The notes beneath the pieces are model-generated. The model searched no databases and was not told the origin of the DNA. It saw nothing but the letters and a program-made list of their open reading frames with translations. The translations under genes were made by a program, and so were the position numbers. A DNA stretch of 59,646 nucleotides, counting the filler, from Sphacelaria rigidula (taxonomy: Eukaryota), in the NCBI GenBank assembly GCA_964200075.2. It is 7 parts of 7 records of this genome, joined end to end, with 100 filler letters (N's around TTAATTAATTAA, not from the genome) between each part and the next. Parts side by side here need not be neighbours in the genome. Positions count along the whole stretch, not along the records: positions 17,075 to 25,510 come from CAXNAA020011136.1; positions 25,611 to 34,045 come from CAXNAA020011137.1; positions 34,146 to 42,579 come from CAXNAA020011138.1; 4 more parts are not named here. One strand, given 5' to 3'. Positions 24,144-37,200 of this stretch are shown piece after piece (the first letter of the stretch is position 1; each line of letters begins with the position of its first letter).

Positions 24144-25036
24144 CTGCTTTTTTGCGCACATTTTTCGAGAGAGGTCTCTGATGTCAGTAACATTCAGGTG
24201 GTATCAGATGAAGGATACATATATATACTTCCTCTGTCCCATAAGTGAACAACGTTATGATTACACGGACTCTTAACCGCGTCGTTTGCCGTAGGTGATA
24301 ATTGTTTTGGAATCTTTGGTGTTTTTTTAGTTGAATCCCATTTTTTATTTATTTTGCGCACTACTCGGCATGGACGAACGGGCCGAGAAACACCAGTCGG
24401 CCGAAAAAAGGCCCTATTCCGCCCCATTTCCGGAAAGCTGGGAAGAACGGCGGAATCGCGAAAAAATGGCCAAAATCGCCAACAAAACGGAAACCGACTC
24501 TTTTTCTCCGATTCGTCGCTCGTGTGACACCTACGTGTCGTCCAAAACCCCTCGGGCACGTAGCAGCCTTCGTTTACTACAAAACGGGCCAATTTCGTCG
24601 AATCTACGTCGAAAGTGGTTCAAACTAGTCGAAATTGGTCGAAATTTGGTCATTTTCGACCCAAACATCCTCAGTAAGTACGAGTCGGAATTTGATTTTT
24701 ATTTTTTCTGTGGACATCGCCATGGCCAGAGCTTTCCAGCGAACCCAAGTATAGCATAATGGGCACATGCATCGGCGAGATACGATCTGCCGCCCGTAAC
24801 GTAGTTTACTTATATGGGAGAGGGGAAGTATATATATATATATATATATTTGTGTATATGCCGCTGAGGCGGTGTCAGATAGATAGATTGAACCCGTCCG
24901 CGGGGTAGAGGTTGAGTGAGGTTCCCTTCCTCCTTCAAGGGGAACAAACACAAAAAGGGTACATATGTATATATTCAGTTCGTTCTGTTTTCATTCTCTT
25001 GCTCCTTGCACCCGTCCCCCCCTCCCGTCCCCCCGC

Positions 25037-25435
25037 CTGGTCCGGCGAGAACCCGGCATGCTCCGTCCCGGCTTTGTAGGGGGGGGGGGCGTACTCATTT
25101 GTTGCTTGCCTTAGCCGTTTGACCATTGACCACGCACCCCTTTCGAGACGGCTTTGTAGGGGCGGGCCCCCGATGTGGTTGGCGTTGGTTGGCGATGGCG
25201 CTGTAAAACACGCCACTCACTGCATAAGCTAGGCAACCAGGTTACCGTTTTGTTATTTGAACTTGCGTTTTTGTTTTGCGGTAACCATGATGGTGGTCCA
25301 GCTAGATCATGTTGTGCGGCGTGGGAGAAACTTAACTCTGCACGAAGGGGATGATCGTACTACGTAGTGTCCAAATGGTTAGACACCCAGGAGGCAGTGT
25401 TTAAGCCGTGGCTGTCTCTGGAAGTGACGATACCC
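25037..25435. repeat. Interspersed repeat (copy of 8120-8437) with nested L-C insertion
   Basis: Colinear with 8120-8437 except for an insertion at 25081-25148. Confidence 0.85.
25081..25150 (-). mobile_element. About 70-bp 5'-truncated L-C retroposon with TSD
   Basis: Flanked by the direct repeat cggctttgtagg (25069-25080 and 25149-25160); poly(C) tail on the - strand. Confidence 0.85.
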
Positions 25436-26375
25436 GAAAATAAAGCAACTCATTGTAGGCTGTCATCCAAATGCAAGATAATCAGTATGCTTCGGGCCGA
25501 AGAACCTTAGNNNNNNNNNNNNNNNNNNNNNNNNNNNNNNNNNNNNNNNNNNNNTTAATTAATTAANNNNNNNNNNNNNNNNNNNNNNNNNNNNNNNNNN
25601 NNNNNNNNNNGTTTTTTGTCTCCCCCCCCCCCCCCCCCTCTAAACAAAACCCCTAGGATCCGAAAAAAAAGCATGGGGTCTCGGATTGTTTTTTTTTGCG
25701 CACTCTCGGATGACATTCATTTTCCTTTTAAAGCCGTGAGCGATTCGAAAACCATTCATCTGTGATATGCAGCAGCAGACTCTCCGTGGGGAGAGGAGAT
25801 TGCAAACAAGCCAAGGCTGGCAGCACGCGGGGACAAGCGCGCAAAATGAATCACGTTCGGACGCACAAGCACGCATGCAGTTGAATTACAAGCCATGGTG
25901 TACTATGTATTTTGTGGTCGCGGATTAACGTTTGTTTGCTATTTTTGATTCCAGATGTCGTGCTATGAAACGACAGACCTACATTCGCAATATCACTTCG
26001 AAGTCGCTTCATTGGTGGAAACCAAGATTTGAACCGGGCACCTTCTTTGATAGAAGGCGTACGAGTCATTTCATGGTGTGGCCATCGTGAAATCTGTGAT
26101 TCCTCCACGGACAATGGCGAGATTTTCTCCCTTTTATATATATGGTGGTTCCCACACACCAATTGTTTGCGAGATGTTTCTTGTCTCGGGGTTGTTCAGT
26201 TTTACATTCGTCTGAATATCGTGCACCCTATTCCCAATTGCAAATACAACTTGTTGCGAGATTTGATGTAGGGACTGTGCATTTGTTGTCCTCCAGTTGC
26301 CGGACCATCACCCCCCCCCCTCCCCCTGTTGTATGCGTCTGTCCTTCGCATTTCCCCTTCCACGGCCAACAAAAG

Positions 26376-26535
26376 AGCAAAATACAAGCGCACCCAAGAC
26401 CCGACGGTCGAGGACGTGAGTAGGCTCTGCAAATCCACCCGAAAGATGGCGAAGAATGACCGTGCCCTGATCCATTACAACGGACACGGCGTCCCGCGAC
26501 CGACGGTGAACGGGGAAATCTGGGTGTTCAACAGG
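26376..26535 (+). CDS. RPTOR: Raptor (regulatory-associated protein of TOR), RNC domain exon
   Basis: [53 protein letters not shown] carries the diagnostic [18 protein letters not shown] motif; donor gtacgt. Confidence 0.95.
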
Positions 26536-27112
26536 GTACGTGCAGTCAACCCACCCCCTAGATCGGTAGCCCCAACAGCCAACAATCGTCTCTGCGAAGG
26601 CCTGATGTTGCTGTAGGATATGATGTGGTGCACACGTCCAGCAGTACTGCTAACACAAGGCCGAACAAGTTGATCCAGTGACTGAGAAGTCGCCCCAGGA
26701 GCGGAGCAGATTTCCGCACTTGAACCCTTCTGGACCTGGTGATGGTTGATTGACGATCTGCGATTGATGGTTTTTGAGCAAGATATGGTTTGCTATTCAC
26801 AGCATACTCGCCGGCTGATGATGCAGTCCACCAAAACGATGCTTCACGTTTCTACAATTGCCGATATGCGGATGTGCCAAGCCAGAACCCGGAACCCGGA
26901 GCCCCTTGCTGTTTTTTTATAGCAAGTTTCGTAGCGTTTTTGTGGAGTTGTATCGACGCATACAATTCGACACACCTCACCCGATGAATGGCATGATTGA
27001 ATGAAGCTTACCCGACTTCTCCGGGGGGGGGGGGGGGGGGGGGAGTTTCCTTTTTCCGTAGAGGGCGGTTTTGGGTTTTTTTTTNNNNNNNNNNGGGGGC
27101 GGGTTGGCTGGT

Positions 27113-27145
<33 letters not shown>

Positions 27146-27933
27146 AGTTTCCTGTATCCGTAACGTGCAGTTTCGGATTCTTGTTTGGTCTCCCATAGTA
27201 TGAATGGTTGCCGTTAATCTTTTCCGTCAACATTTTTTCTCCTTCGTCAGGGCTTTTGACGTAATTAGGCGTCTGGGCGGTGGGCGGTAGTGATACTCTG
27301 GGCATTTCAGCCGTGGTCATTATTTACATGATAGGCACACCCGAGAAGAGAACAAAACGGGAAGATTCGCTGAAGAAAAGTGAAGAAAAAGAAGGAGTAG
27401 AAAAGGCAGAGTAGACTCGGAAAATACACGAAGCGAAACGAATACGAGACCACGAAAAAATACTAATCTTCCCCGCGCCCCTCCCCCCACGCTGTCTCCT
27501 TTGTCTCTGCCTGCCGCTCCGCTCGCTCGCCTGCCCACCCGTTGTCTTCGCCGTCTGTCCGAAATTCATCGGTCTACATGAAACTATAATACGGGGCATG
27601 TCCCGATCGTGCCCAAAAATAATGCGTGCTCAATGCGGCAAAACATCAATTCGAAATAAATCTATACAATCTTGAAAAAAACCTATCATGCTACGTGCTA
27701 CAAAAATGTACACACATGCACGTATCAAAATAATAAAAACAACAAAATACACGCTTCACTGGTAAACATGATCATATCAACAACAACAACAACAACAACC
27801 CGTCTCCCGTCTCCCGTCCCCCACCTCCGCGATAAAACCCAAATACTATTTTGGTTGTTAATATATATATATATATATATATATGAACAATGCAACAAAC
27901 GATGATATCAACTATTATGCTCGAAAAAAATAG

Positions 27934-28183
27934 CAATACACCCAATACATGCCGCTGTCCATTCACGAGCTCAAGTCCTGGGTGGGGACCCCCACGATCT
28001 TCGTGCTGGACTGCTCGGCCGCCGGCGTGCTTTTGCCGCACTTCATCCAGCCCCTGTCCACCGACGATAACGAAAAATACCGCACGGACCCCCCGACCCC
28101 GCCCAGCGACGCTGGAAGCATGCCCGGGGCAGCGGCGGGGGGTGGGGGTGGGGGCGGTGCGACGGCCTCTTGCGGAAACTCGG
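27934..28183 (+). CDS. RPTOR: Raptor exon
   Basis: QYTQYMPLSIHELKSWVGTPTIFVLDCSAAG; tag acceptor, gtgagg donor (phase 1). Confidence 0.93.
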
Positions 28184-28452
28184 GTGAGGATTGTTTTTCT
28201 TTGCCTTTGCAATGCTCGCTTGCAGACACTTGGGAATGTTTGACACCATTTTATAAAGTGTATCTTCGAGCAGCGAGCGTTTTCGTTCCGTCCAGCTAGG
28301 GTGGCGAACGTCTATCTTGTCACCGTCACCACGTCCAGATTCAGTCAGCGGGTCCGTTGACTGTCCTACGAGCACTCAATCGATTCATTTTCATTGTTAG
28401 TTTCCATATTTATATTCACCCCGTCCCCGTCCCGCCAACTCATGACCTCCAG

Positions 28453-28820
28453 GCGATTCCAACGCGCAAAACCCAAATCGACAGGCGCCGGCGGCCGGCG
28501 CCGGGACCCCGCTATTTGCCTCCGGCCCACCGTCGGGCTTCCCTACCGCAGCGCCGTCCCCAGCAAGCAGCTCGGGGCGACCGCCCTCCGCAGCGTCTTC
28601 GCCCGTGGGTAGCGGTGGGGGTAGCTCGTTCTCGGGCAGAGGGCGCAGTGGCGTGGGGGGCGGAGCAGCCGGGCGCGGGGCGAAAGACTTGATTGTGCTG
28701 GCGCCGTGTGGCGCGGATGAAGTGCTGCCGACGAACGCGGACTTGCCAGCGGACCTGTTTACGTCGTGTTTGACCACTCCGATGCCTATCGCTCTTCGCT
28801 GGTTCGTGCGGCAAAATCGG
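28453..28820 (+). CDS. RPTOR: Raptor exon
   Basis: Low-complexity linker, then DLIVLAPCGADEVLPTNADLPADLFTSCLTTPMPIALRWF; acceptor chosen by phase compatibility; donor gtgcgt. Confidence 0.88.
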
Positions 28821-30735
28821 GTGCGTGTTCTGCGAGGGAGGGGGAGAAGCAACAATCTGCGCTGTCTGAAAAAACTTGACCTCAACTTTAAAAACTTGGG
28901 GGGGGTGTATCACTTTCGAGACGGACCATTTGGGGGCCGGGGGGGAAGATGAGTTGGGCTTTTGTTCGCGGTTACACCTGCTGTCTGTAGTAACGGGGAG
29001 TTAGGTGGCAGACGACAGAAGTTGCCACCCGATGAATAATTTTTATCTGACGTGAAGATATGGGGGAGGCCCTCTATGCACAAACTACGTATTTGGCATC
29101 TCTACACAGACATGTCCGTCTTGTCCTGCAGGCTATATCGCTTGACTCAACCAGTTTCTACGTAACTCCTTGTCCTTGAAAATACGGAACGGCACGAAAA
29201 GACGGAACAGCCAGTTACGGTAGCGAGAGCACTATCTATACATGGAAGAGTCAGTGGCCGTCGACTTGTTTTCTCTAAAGGGAGGTGATTCTTTCGTTGT
29301 TTAGTGACAACACAATTGTTGATTTGGGAAGGTTTTTGTTTATAACAGTTTGCTGTTGCACTGTTTTTTGCCACTAGAATCATTAATGAGCTTAATTTGG
29401 GGATTTTCGGGCTTGAATAATTTTCTTGTTTCCAAGCTTGAAAAACGAGCACAAAATTTCTGAAAAGCTATAATTTGCTCAAAACGAGCATAAATTGCGA
29501 TGAGTTTTTATGCGCCTCGTGCAGCCATTGTAGCAGCTGCCTGAGAGTGCCCTAATGGGCCATCCTCGTCATCAAACAGGAAAGACGTAATCAAGATCTT
29601 GTACAACGACTGTACGAGGAGTTACAGGGAGATATATGGCATTCTAGCAGCTAGAATGCCATACCCTTCGAGGAGTTGAGTGACCGGATCGAATCCGCGG
29701 GTATGATGAAGTACAATCGCAGCCGGAAGGTTGGCGAAATTTCAAGTGTCGACTGATGGATGATATCAACCACACCACATACAGCCGAATGAGTTGTACT
29801 ATCACTTTCCTCACATCCCAAGCAGAACCCCCAAAGGGACTTGCCGAACTCAGTTTTCCGGTTACCGCTCATGTATCAAGAGCTAAGTAAATCGGAATAT
29901 CTCCACCTGAGTAGCAATCAACTGGGTCACGGTGAACGAGAAATACCATGTAAGGGGAAATTTCACGTACAATCAGTGACGGTCGATAGACTCCCAGTAT
30001 AGTATAGGAATGTGATGTACATATCATACGTGGTTTATGCTATATACGGGGGGCGGGGGGGCGGTAGCTCGTAGTTTGTAGCTTGCCGGGCGAGAAGCTG
30101 ATGGCTGCAATATCCTGTGTCCAGAGGTTGCAATGCCCCACTGCTGCATCATGTATTATGATTGTATCTAGTGGCCTTTGTTGTCTCGACAGAAATAGTT
30201 CATTAGGTGGTTGGGGGTGGCTTTCGAACTCAAGGATCGAAGAAGAGTTATATTTTTCAACAAAGAACGAAGTTCGAATACCCAAATTGTCGTCTTCTCC
30301 TCATGCTTGAAGGCTCGCCGAGTGCTCATATTTCTTCTCACAGCGCCACAGCAAGGAAGCGGAGGAGGTGCATAAAGTACTCATATTTCTCCTCAAAAAA
30401 GCTTGGAAGAGACCTCGAAACAACAACAAGGAAGCTTACATGAGAGAAAAATAGAGCTTGATGAAAAAAAAAACGCGCATACGGAGCTAGAGCCTAGTTA
30501 TTGATGGAGTTGCGCTTGACATTGAAGCTGGTCAAGCGACAGAAATACGTAACCTGTGCTACTAAAATGAGCTAAATGAGCGCGCACGCACTGCTGGGTC
30601 TTCCTCTTCTGTTGTTATGCATGGTCTCGTTTTCAGCGTGTGTGATGGTACTGCCTCGCCGTGAGCGGTCTCACGATGACTTTTTGCTCTTGATTTCATG
30701 TACTCGAAATCTGCACGTTCTATCCTTGACGGCAG

Positions 30736-30956
30736 CTATCCATGGACGGCGTAGATCCCGACTGGGTTGACAGCATCCCTGGTGAACTGCAGCAGCGCAA
30801 GACTCCTTTGGGGGAGCTGCACTGGATCTTTACTGCTATCATGGACGCGATCGCGTGGAACACCCTACCCTCGAAGCTTTTCCAAAAGTTGTTCCGACAG
30901 GATTTGCTGGTGGCCAGCCTCTTCAGGAATTTTTTGCTGGCGGACAGGATCCTGAG
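30736..30956 (+). CDS. RPTOR: Raptor exon
   Basis: [60 protein letters not shown]. Confidence 0.95.
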
Positions 30957-31514
30957 GTGTGGATTACGATGATGAATGATGGTTTAAATTCAGTCGTCAC
31001 TGTACCCCCTTTCACCGTGTGATGGGTGAACGTACGGTCATGTATCCATTAGGCCCATTTCATTCGTATTGTGCACCCCTTGGACAACATGTGCTCGAGA
31101 GTTGCAATAGGAAATTGTGCTTCATGAAGTGTAGGTCTTACGGCAACTATCGACCACTTATTGTCCATGGTGTGGGCGGACCAATAGTGATTGCAATAAG
31201 ACCAAAGCAAATGTCTATTGGAACTAGTGACAGCCTATTTTCCAGAGTGTCGGCAGACCGATAATGATTGCAGTAGGCCTTCACTTCACGCAGTACACTA
31301 CTTTTCTATTGCAACTGTTTTGTGGAGCACATACTGTCCAGGGTGTGGGTTCTGTGTACGCAGTACAGTACTCGCAAAAATGACGCTTGCATTGAAGATC
31401 CGATTCTCCCATGTGCGTCATCTTCTCTCCTTTTCCCTTCCCCTTTGTTTTTCCCCTTTCATGTTTCTCTTCCTTTTCCTTTTTTTTTGTTCACTTTTTT
31501 CTTCCATTTAATAG

Positions 31515-31617
31515 GACGTTGAAGTGTACCCCAGTGTCGTACCCGGAGCTACCGATGACGTGGCACCATCCGCTTTGGCAGGAGTGGGATCTCGCGGCGG
31601 AAAGACAGCTCAGCCAG
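31515..31617 (+). CDS. RPTOR: Raptor exon
   Basis: [34 protein letters not shown]; phase 2 start fits the previous exon. Confidence 0.92.
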
Positions 31618-33048
31618 GTGCAGTCGCAAGCAAGACCGAGTCCAAAGAAGGGGCTGGGACCTCCCGGCAAGGATAAGCACGTGAGTGAGAGAAGAAGGAA
31701 GGAAGAGTCCGTTCTGAAACCCGTGTGACCGCTCGGGCGGGTGCTTCATTGGTTGAGTCGGCATTGTCTTCACCTATAAAAAGACTTCGCAAACCCAGGA
31801 GCCCATCTGCGGGGGCTCAAATACGTCAATTGTTTTTGTCGACTCTAACGCTTTGTTCGTCTCACTATCTTTGCGGAGGAAAGTGGGTTATTTGGGAAAG
31901 AATTGGCAGATTCCTGCGTGCGCTTGTGTGTATACAGTATTTGTGTGTGATTGATGAGAGTTGATGAAGTATTTCCTCGTGTGGGGAAAAAACGATGTTT
32001 GTTTTTTGTGTACCCTCATCGCATGTTTGAATATTTGATGTGGGTCGATGAGAGTGCTCAACCTTCGTGTGCCCGCCCCCCCCCCCTCCCCCCCTTCCCC
32101 ACCCCCCACCACAGATAATACGTGGTCAATAGTTGCAATAGACGAGAAATGGACGACGTAAAATATAGGTCCATTGTACCTACTGACGGCCTATAGTTTC
32201 AATATATCATATACCTCATCCACTACATTTTTGTTTATTGTCCACATATTGTCCATGGCGTGCAATGTAACCGATACAGGCACCAAACTTATCTTGGAAT
32301 TTCGTGGTTTAGCTTACATTTTTTTTTTTTTTTTACGTCAACTGTAATGCTGGTATCCAGTGCAGTTGAGGCCATGGCTTTTTTAAGGTGGTAGGTGTCG
32401 TTGAAGCAAGAATAGACACCTACGCTGAAGTCGAATGACCCCCACCTATGAGGAGAGTAGAAGTGCTGATGAGATACGTCATAGGGGAAAATGGCATTGT
32501 GGACCATACGAGAGTGAGTGTTCGGAACAGGGCTTGAGATACTTTCGAACCATACCGGAACATTTGGTACACATTTGTTTTAGATAGTCCATTTTTTTTC
32601 TGTACTTTGCTTTCGTTGTATTTTTTTTTGATTTGTCACATCTTAGTCCACCATGTCGTTTTGTTCGACTTTTTCTGTTGCTTCTTTTTCTTCAGCGAGT
32701 GCTTTCAGGAGTTTTTTTTTGTTCTTGGGTACGTCTATATCATGTAACCACGGCTGGACCCATGGGGGGTTGGTTATAGTGCGACAATCAATCATCCAAA
32801 TTTTGGTTCGATTGAGTGTGCCGATCAGAAATTTCCACTTCCGGTTATTCGCTGCAGAACAGGACGTTCGATGTTTTCCACGTCCCGTGAACTGGGGGGT
32901 TCCGCCTTGCAGGGGGTATACCACTGAAAAAAAAGGGTACACGCCGTGTCGAAACGATCACATGAAAATACTGACCGTGTTGAATGTTCATTTATGAATC
33001 CCCCTTACCTCGCGTCTCCGTCGCCGCACTCACTTCGTTGTAATTTAG

Positions 33049-33252
33049 GCCCAAGTACCGTCGACCGATGGTTTCTTCCAAGAGCAACTGATGGCATTCG
33101 AGGTTTGGCTGCAGTTCGCTCAAGGAGTGCTGGCCGCCAACGCTGCGTCGCGGCCGCAGAATAGAGACCCCTGGGATGAGCGCGCGGATGAGGGTATGCC
33201 GATGAAACCTCCGGAGCAGCTGCCTGTTGTGCTTCAAGTCCTACTCAGCCAG
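33049..33252 (+). CDS. RPTOR: Raptor exon
   Basis: FFQEQLMAFEVWL...KPPEQLPVVLQVLLSQ; tag acceptor, gtatgc donor. Confidence 0.95.
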
Positions 33253-33601
33253 GTATGCTTTGTGTGCCACTGCAGTGTTTGCTGCTCCTTTGTGTTTGCT
33301 CTTACTTCTCTTGCTGTTTTTTGTGGCTTGCTTCTCGACGGTTCTTGCCCGGTTCTTGCCCGGTTCCTGCCCCCCGCCCCGTGAGTGCTTGATGTTCGGT
33401 CCAGAGAGAACAAGTACAGTAGAACAACTTTTGCGAATGCATTGCTTTTAGTTTTTTATTTTTATTTTCTTGGGGGGTAGGCGATTTTGACGAGTTCTTG
33501 ACGAGGAAGCTTTCGAATCTTTTTTCTTCAGCGCAAAAGTCGACCCCGACTAGAGACGGATTACTGACGGTATATAACCGAACCGTGCCTCAGATTCGTT
33601 T

Positions 33602-33830
33602 CAAGGGTGTGTTGGGTGGGTTATTTCCTTCACCTGGGTATTTTGAAAAAATCGATCTCTAGAGTACCCCAAACTTGACAAGAGTATAGACATCGTACTC
33701 AGCAAATACCACATATTTAGTAGAGTTTTGCGATCGTACGTAACTATTCCCAATATTTGGATAGAGTTTGACAATGCAAAATTCGGAAGAGTGAATACAC
33801 GAATATTTACGCGGCCCAACACGCACCTTG
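33602..33830. mobile_element. hAT-like MITE
   Basis: caagggtgtgttggg...cccaacacgcaccttg; flanks attcgttt/aatcgtgt (6 of 8 match). Confidence 0.7.
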
Positions 33831-34145
33831 AATCGTGTTGAAAATTTACACAGCTTTCCATCGCCGTCGTCCGCTCATTTTCCTCCTTCCCCCCCGCTCC
33901 CCTTTTTTTCCCATCAATTTTGCATGCTGCCAGCCTTCATCACGGTGCAAACAAATACTCCACGGTTAGGACAAATATTGATTCGTCAGGAAATTAGTTG
34001 GTTTTAGTATAATAAGTTGACTCGTGATGAATTAATCCCAATGACNNNNNNNNNNNNNNNNNNNNNNNNNNNNNNNNNNNNNNNNNNNNTTAATTAATTA
34101 ANNNNNNNNNNNNNNNNNNNNNNNNNNNNNNNNNNNNNNNNNNNN

Positions 34146-34232
34146 AACCCGGCGTGCTCCGTCCCGGCTTTGTAGGGATGCGAGGTCAATGGTCTGATGA
34201 ATATGGCATGCATGATCATGAGTACACCCCCT
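34146..34232 (+). mobile_element. Subfamily B poly(C)-ended retroposon 3' end
   Basis: Matches 17108-17206; ends atgagtacaccccc. Confidence 0.7.
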
Positions 34233-34277
34233 TCCGTCGAGCGGCGTTGATGGTTGGAGGGGTAGGCGGGGCACTGT

Positions 34278-37200
34278 TCAGACCACGTTGTTGGTATAAC
34301 AGACGGAGCCGGTGGAAGCTTTGATGACCTTCACGGTTGAGGATGAATGGTTGCACCCGTTGTTGAGATAGTAGCACTTGACGGCTTGCGGATCCATCGT
34401 GGAATGTCGTGTGGCCCTCATCATTTCAGGCTGGAGGGAGGAAACGATGTGAAGAGGAGGGGCACGGCCGGTGAAGACCTCGTGCGGCGGGACCCTCCCA
34501 GGGTTGGCCATCGTGGCGGAGCGGTTGAAGCCATCCGCGGCCCATACTGCGGACTCCAACCAGAGTTTACCCAAGGTGCCACCGAGTCCGGGAATGGCCG
34601 TGAAGTCCTCAGCGGGGAAGAGGCGCGAAGCTTCACGTCGCGCAGCGTGGCCAGCCTTCATCATGCGCCAGATTGCGCTTTCGGCCACTGCGTTCTGCTT
34701 CGGGGTATCGGGCGCTGTGTACTCGCGGCGAATCCGTCCCTCGTCACAGAAATCGATGAAGTCTTGCGAACGAAAGTCACCCCCGTTGTCGATGCGAAAG
34801 CACCGAGGAACACCGAACTCGTTGACGGCGGCCATTTATCCTTTCACTTTTGCCAAAGCGTGTGCCTTCCTCGCCAAACCGCAAAGCATGATGGAGCGAG
34901 ACTTACTATCCACACAGGCGAGCATATATAATGACCCGCCTCGTGTCCGCATATTGGGTCCCGTGAGATCGAGGTGGACGATGCCGAGGACCGTGGATGA
35001 CCGAGTACTCAAATGTTGGATCCCAGCGCGTCGCCCTTTTGACTCCACACACCCTGCGCACGGTGCCAGCGGCCCTGTGAGAGTAATGCCCCATTGGGTG
35101 GCGGTCGCTCGGAGAGTGGTCTCATGAGCGTGGTAGAGGGAAACGTGAAAGTAGTTGATGTCTAACGATTGTTGGTGCTTCCCGACAGTGGAGGGTCGGC
35201 GGCCGGATGCTATAACTGCGAGCGCCAAATCCAAAATGTCCTCCTCACTCAACTCCTGGAGGCTTAGAACCCGAGGGAAAAACTGTGTGGGACTACATGT
35301 AGCAGCCACATCTTCCTGGCACAGCAGTAGGTCGGGCAAGTGCAAACCTGGAACAGCAGTCCATCCTGTGGAAAACCTACTTGGTGAGTTGACAGTATCA
35401 CTCTCAGACAAAACATCCGGGGGGTTCCTTACATTAGCACGCGAGGATTCCGTTGCAATAGATTACGCTACAGTAGGTGGGGTTGCACCGACAGAAGTAC
35501 ACGAAGACACAGTGTTTGGGGGAGGACTGATAGTATCACTTGCAGATAGAACGTCCGGGGGGTTCCTTATAGTATCACGCGAAGACTCCGACGCAGTAGA
35601 TTGCGCTACAATCGGCGGGGTTGCATTGATAGAGGTACACAAAGACACAGTATCCGGGGGAGCACTCCCAGTAACACTCGCAGACAAAACATCCGGGGGG
35701 TACCTGACAGTATCAAGAGAGTGTTTCCTCATGGCGGGAACTGCAATCGGAGCATCATGCGATGTGGGCGGCAAACGTTTCGCCAATTGAGAGGATGGAC
35801 GCGAGTTACGGTTGAATCGCAATTGCCCGTTATACAACGATACACCTGCTCTAGTCAAAGTAATATCCTGTTTGTACTGTGCCTGGTATAAAGAGAAAAG
35901 GTTGAAATTGATACCATCGAGCTCATACACGTTAGTAAGCTTGATACAAAAACTAGCGCGCTCAGCCCCATAATTGAATCCCACGTAAAATTTGAGGTTG
36001 AGGCTACCGACCGCTCTTACTGGAAGTACTGTACCATCTCCTAAAATCACATTTTCGTTACCATGAGGGGGAAGTCGCACATCAAACAGCCCATCCATCT
36101 TCCCAGTCGTATGGTGCGATACCCCTGTGTCCGATGTCCACTCTTCCAAATCCTCATCTGTACCCGACACCTCCCCACGATGCATCGTAGCGTACCCCTG
36201 CAAATCAACATTACCAAGCCGAAACCGAAACTCGCCTTTTGACATGGAGAATGCCATGTATGCTCGTGGATAATCGGAAGTATACGTATCACGAGGCGGA
36301 GTAGATGTGGCTGGGGGAGCTGCATGCTGCTGGTCTTGAGGTGGGGCTGCGGTTTGGTGTTGCTGATGCTGGCTGTTATCCGGGTTAGGATGGTAATAGT
36401 GATGCTGCTGGTCCGGCAGGTGGTACTGTTGGGAGTGTTGCTGTTGGGGGTGGTCTGTTGGTGGAGCATGTTGTTGTTGGTAGGTGGGGTGCTTTGGGTA
36501 ATTGTCTGTTGGTAGAGAGGAGTGATAGGTGTCTTGCGGTGCGGGGTATCCAGTAGGCTGGTGGTGCTGCTGATATTCGGACAGTGTTCTATGTGACGAT
36601 GGTTCATGGCTTTGGACGTAATGAGCATATCCAGCGCCGTTGAAACCGTCCCTGCCCGGTGGGGTAAAATCGTGGTCAGTAGTTGTGGGCCCACTCCATT
36701 GTACAAGGTTTGCACGCGAGGGAGTCTCCCTCGCATTTCGGGAGTCGTTGAAATGTTGAGGATTATTGGTGTGGCGGAAGTTGTTGGCGTGGTGGTAGTT
36801 GTTGGCCTGGGTATGGGTGTTGGAGTAATGGTTACGTGGGAGCTGGTTTCGTGGTAGGGATACACCGCTCCGGGTCGAGATATCGATTGCCTTGACGGCT
36901 ATCACCATGACTACGCCCGTCGCCTCGTGTGGGGTAATCTACAGATCGATCACGGCATATGGTGCAATTGCGAACTCTGCATGGTGAGGGTTGAAGGGTT
37001 GGATTGGGGTTGTGGTCGTTGTGTGGGTCATGTGGGGATGTAAAATGTGATCTGAAATTAGGCCTTGGCGATGGTTCATGGTCATGATGCTGATGTATGT
37101 GGAGTGGAATTCCCACTGCGGTCAGAGCCACACTCCCGGCAGAGGTGATTTCACCTGCCCCCCCTGCCTTCGCGTCGCCTCCTCGATACGTCACTCTGCG

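Noticed and set aside
18853..33252. Head-to-head PIKK kinase (ATR-like) and Raptor as a TOR-pathway gene cluster
   Set aside because: They lie on different contigs separated by an artificial spacer in a size-sorted concatenation; both genes are truncated at contig ends
34190..34232. Hammerhead ribozyme (CTGATGA)
   Set aside because: No matching GAAA core with the required stems, and the sibling copy at 17160-17200 lacks the motif
35391..35721. CRISPR-like repeat-spacer array
   Set aside because: Whole 138-bp units are homologous and in frame within copia pol; no unique spacers and no cas genes
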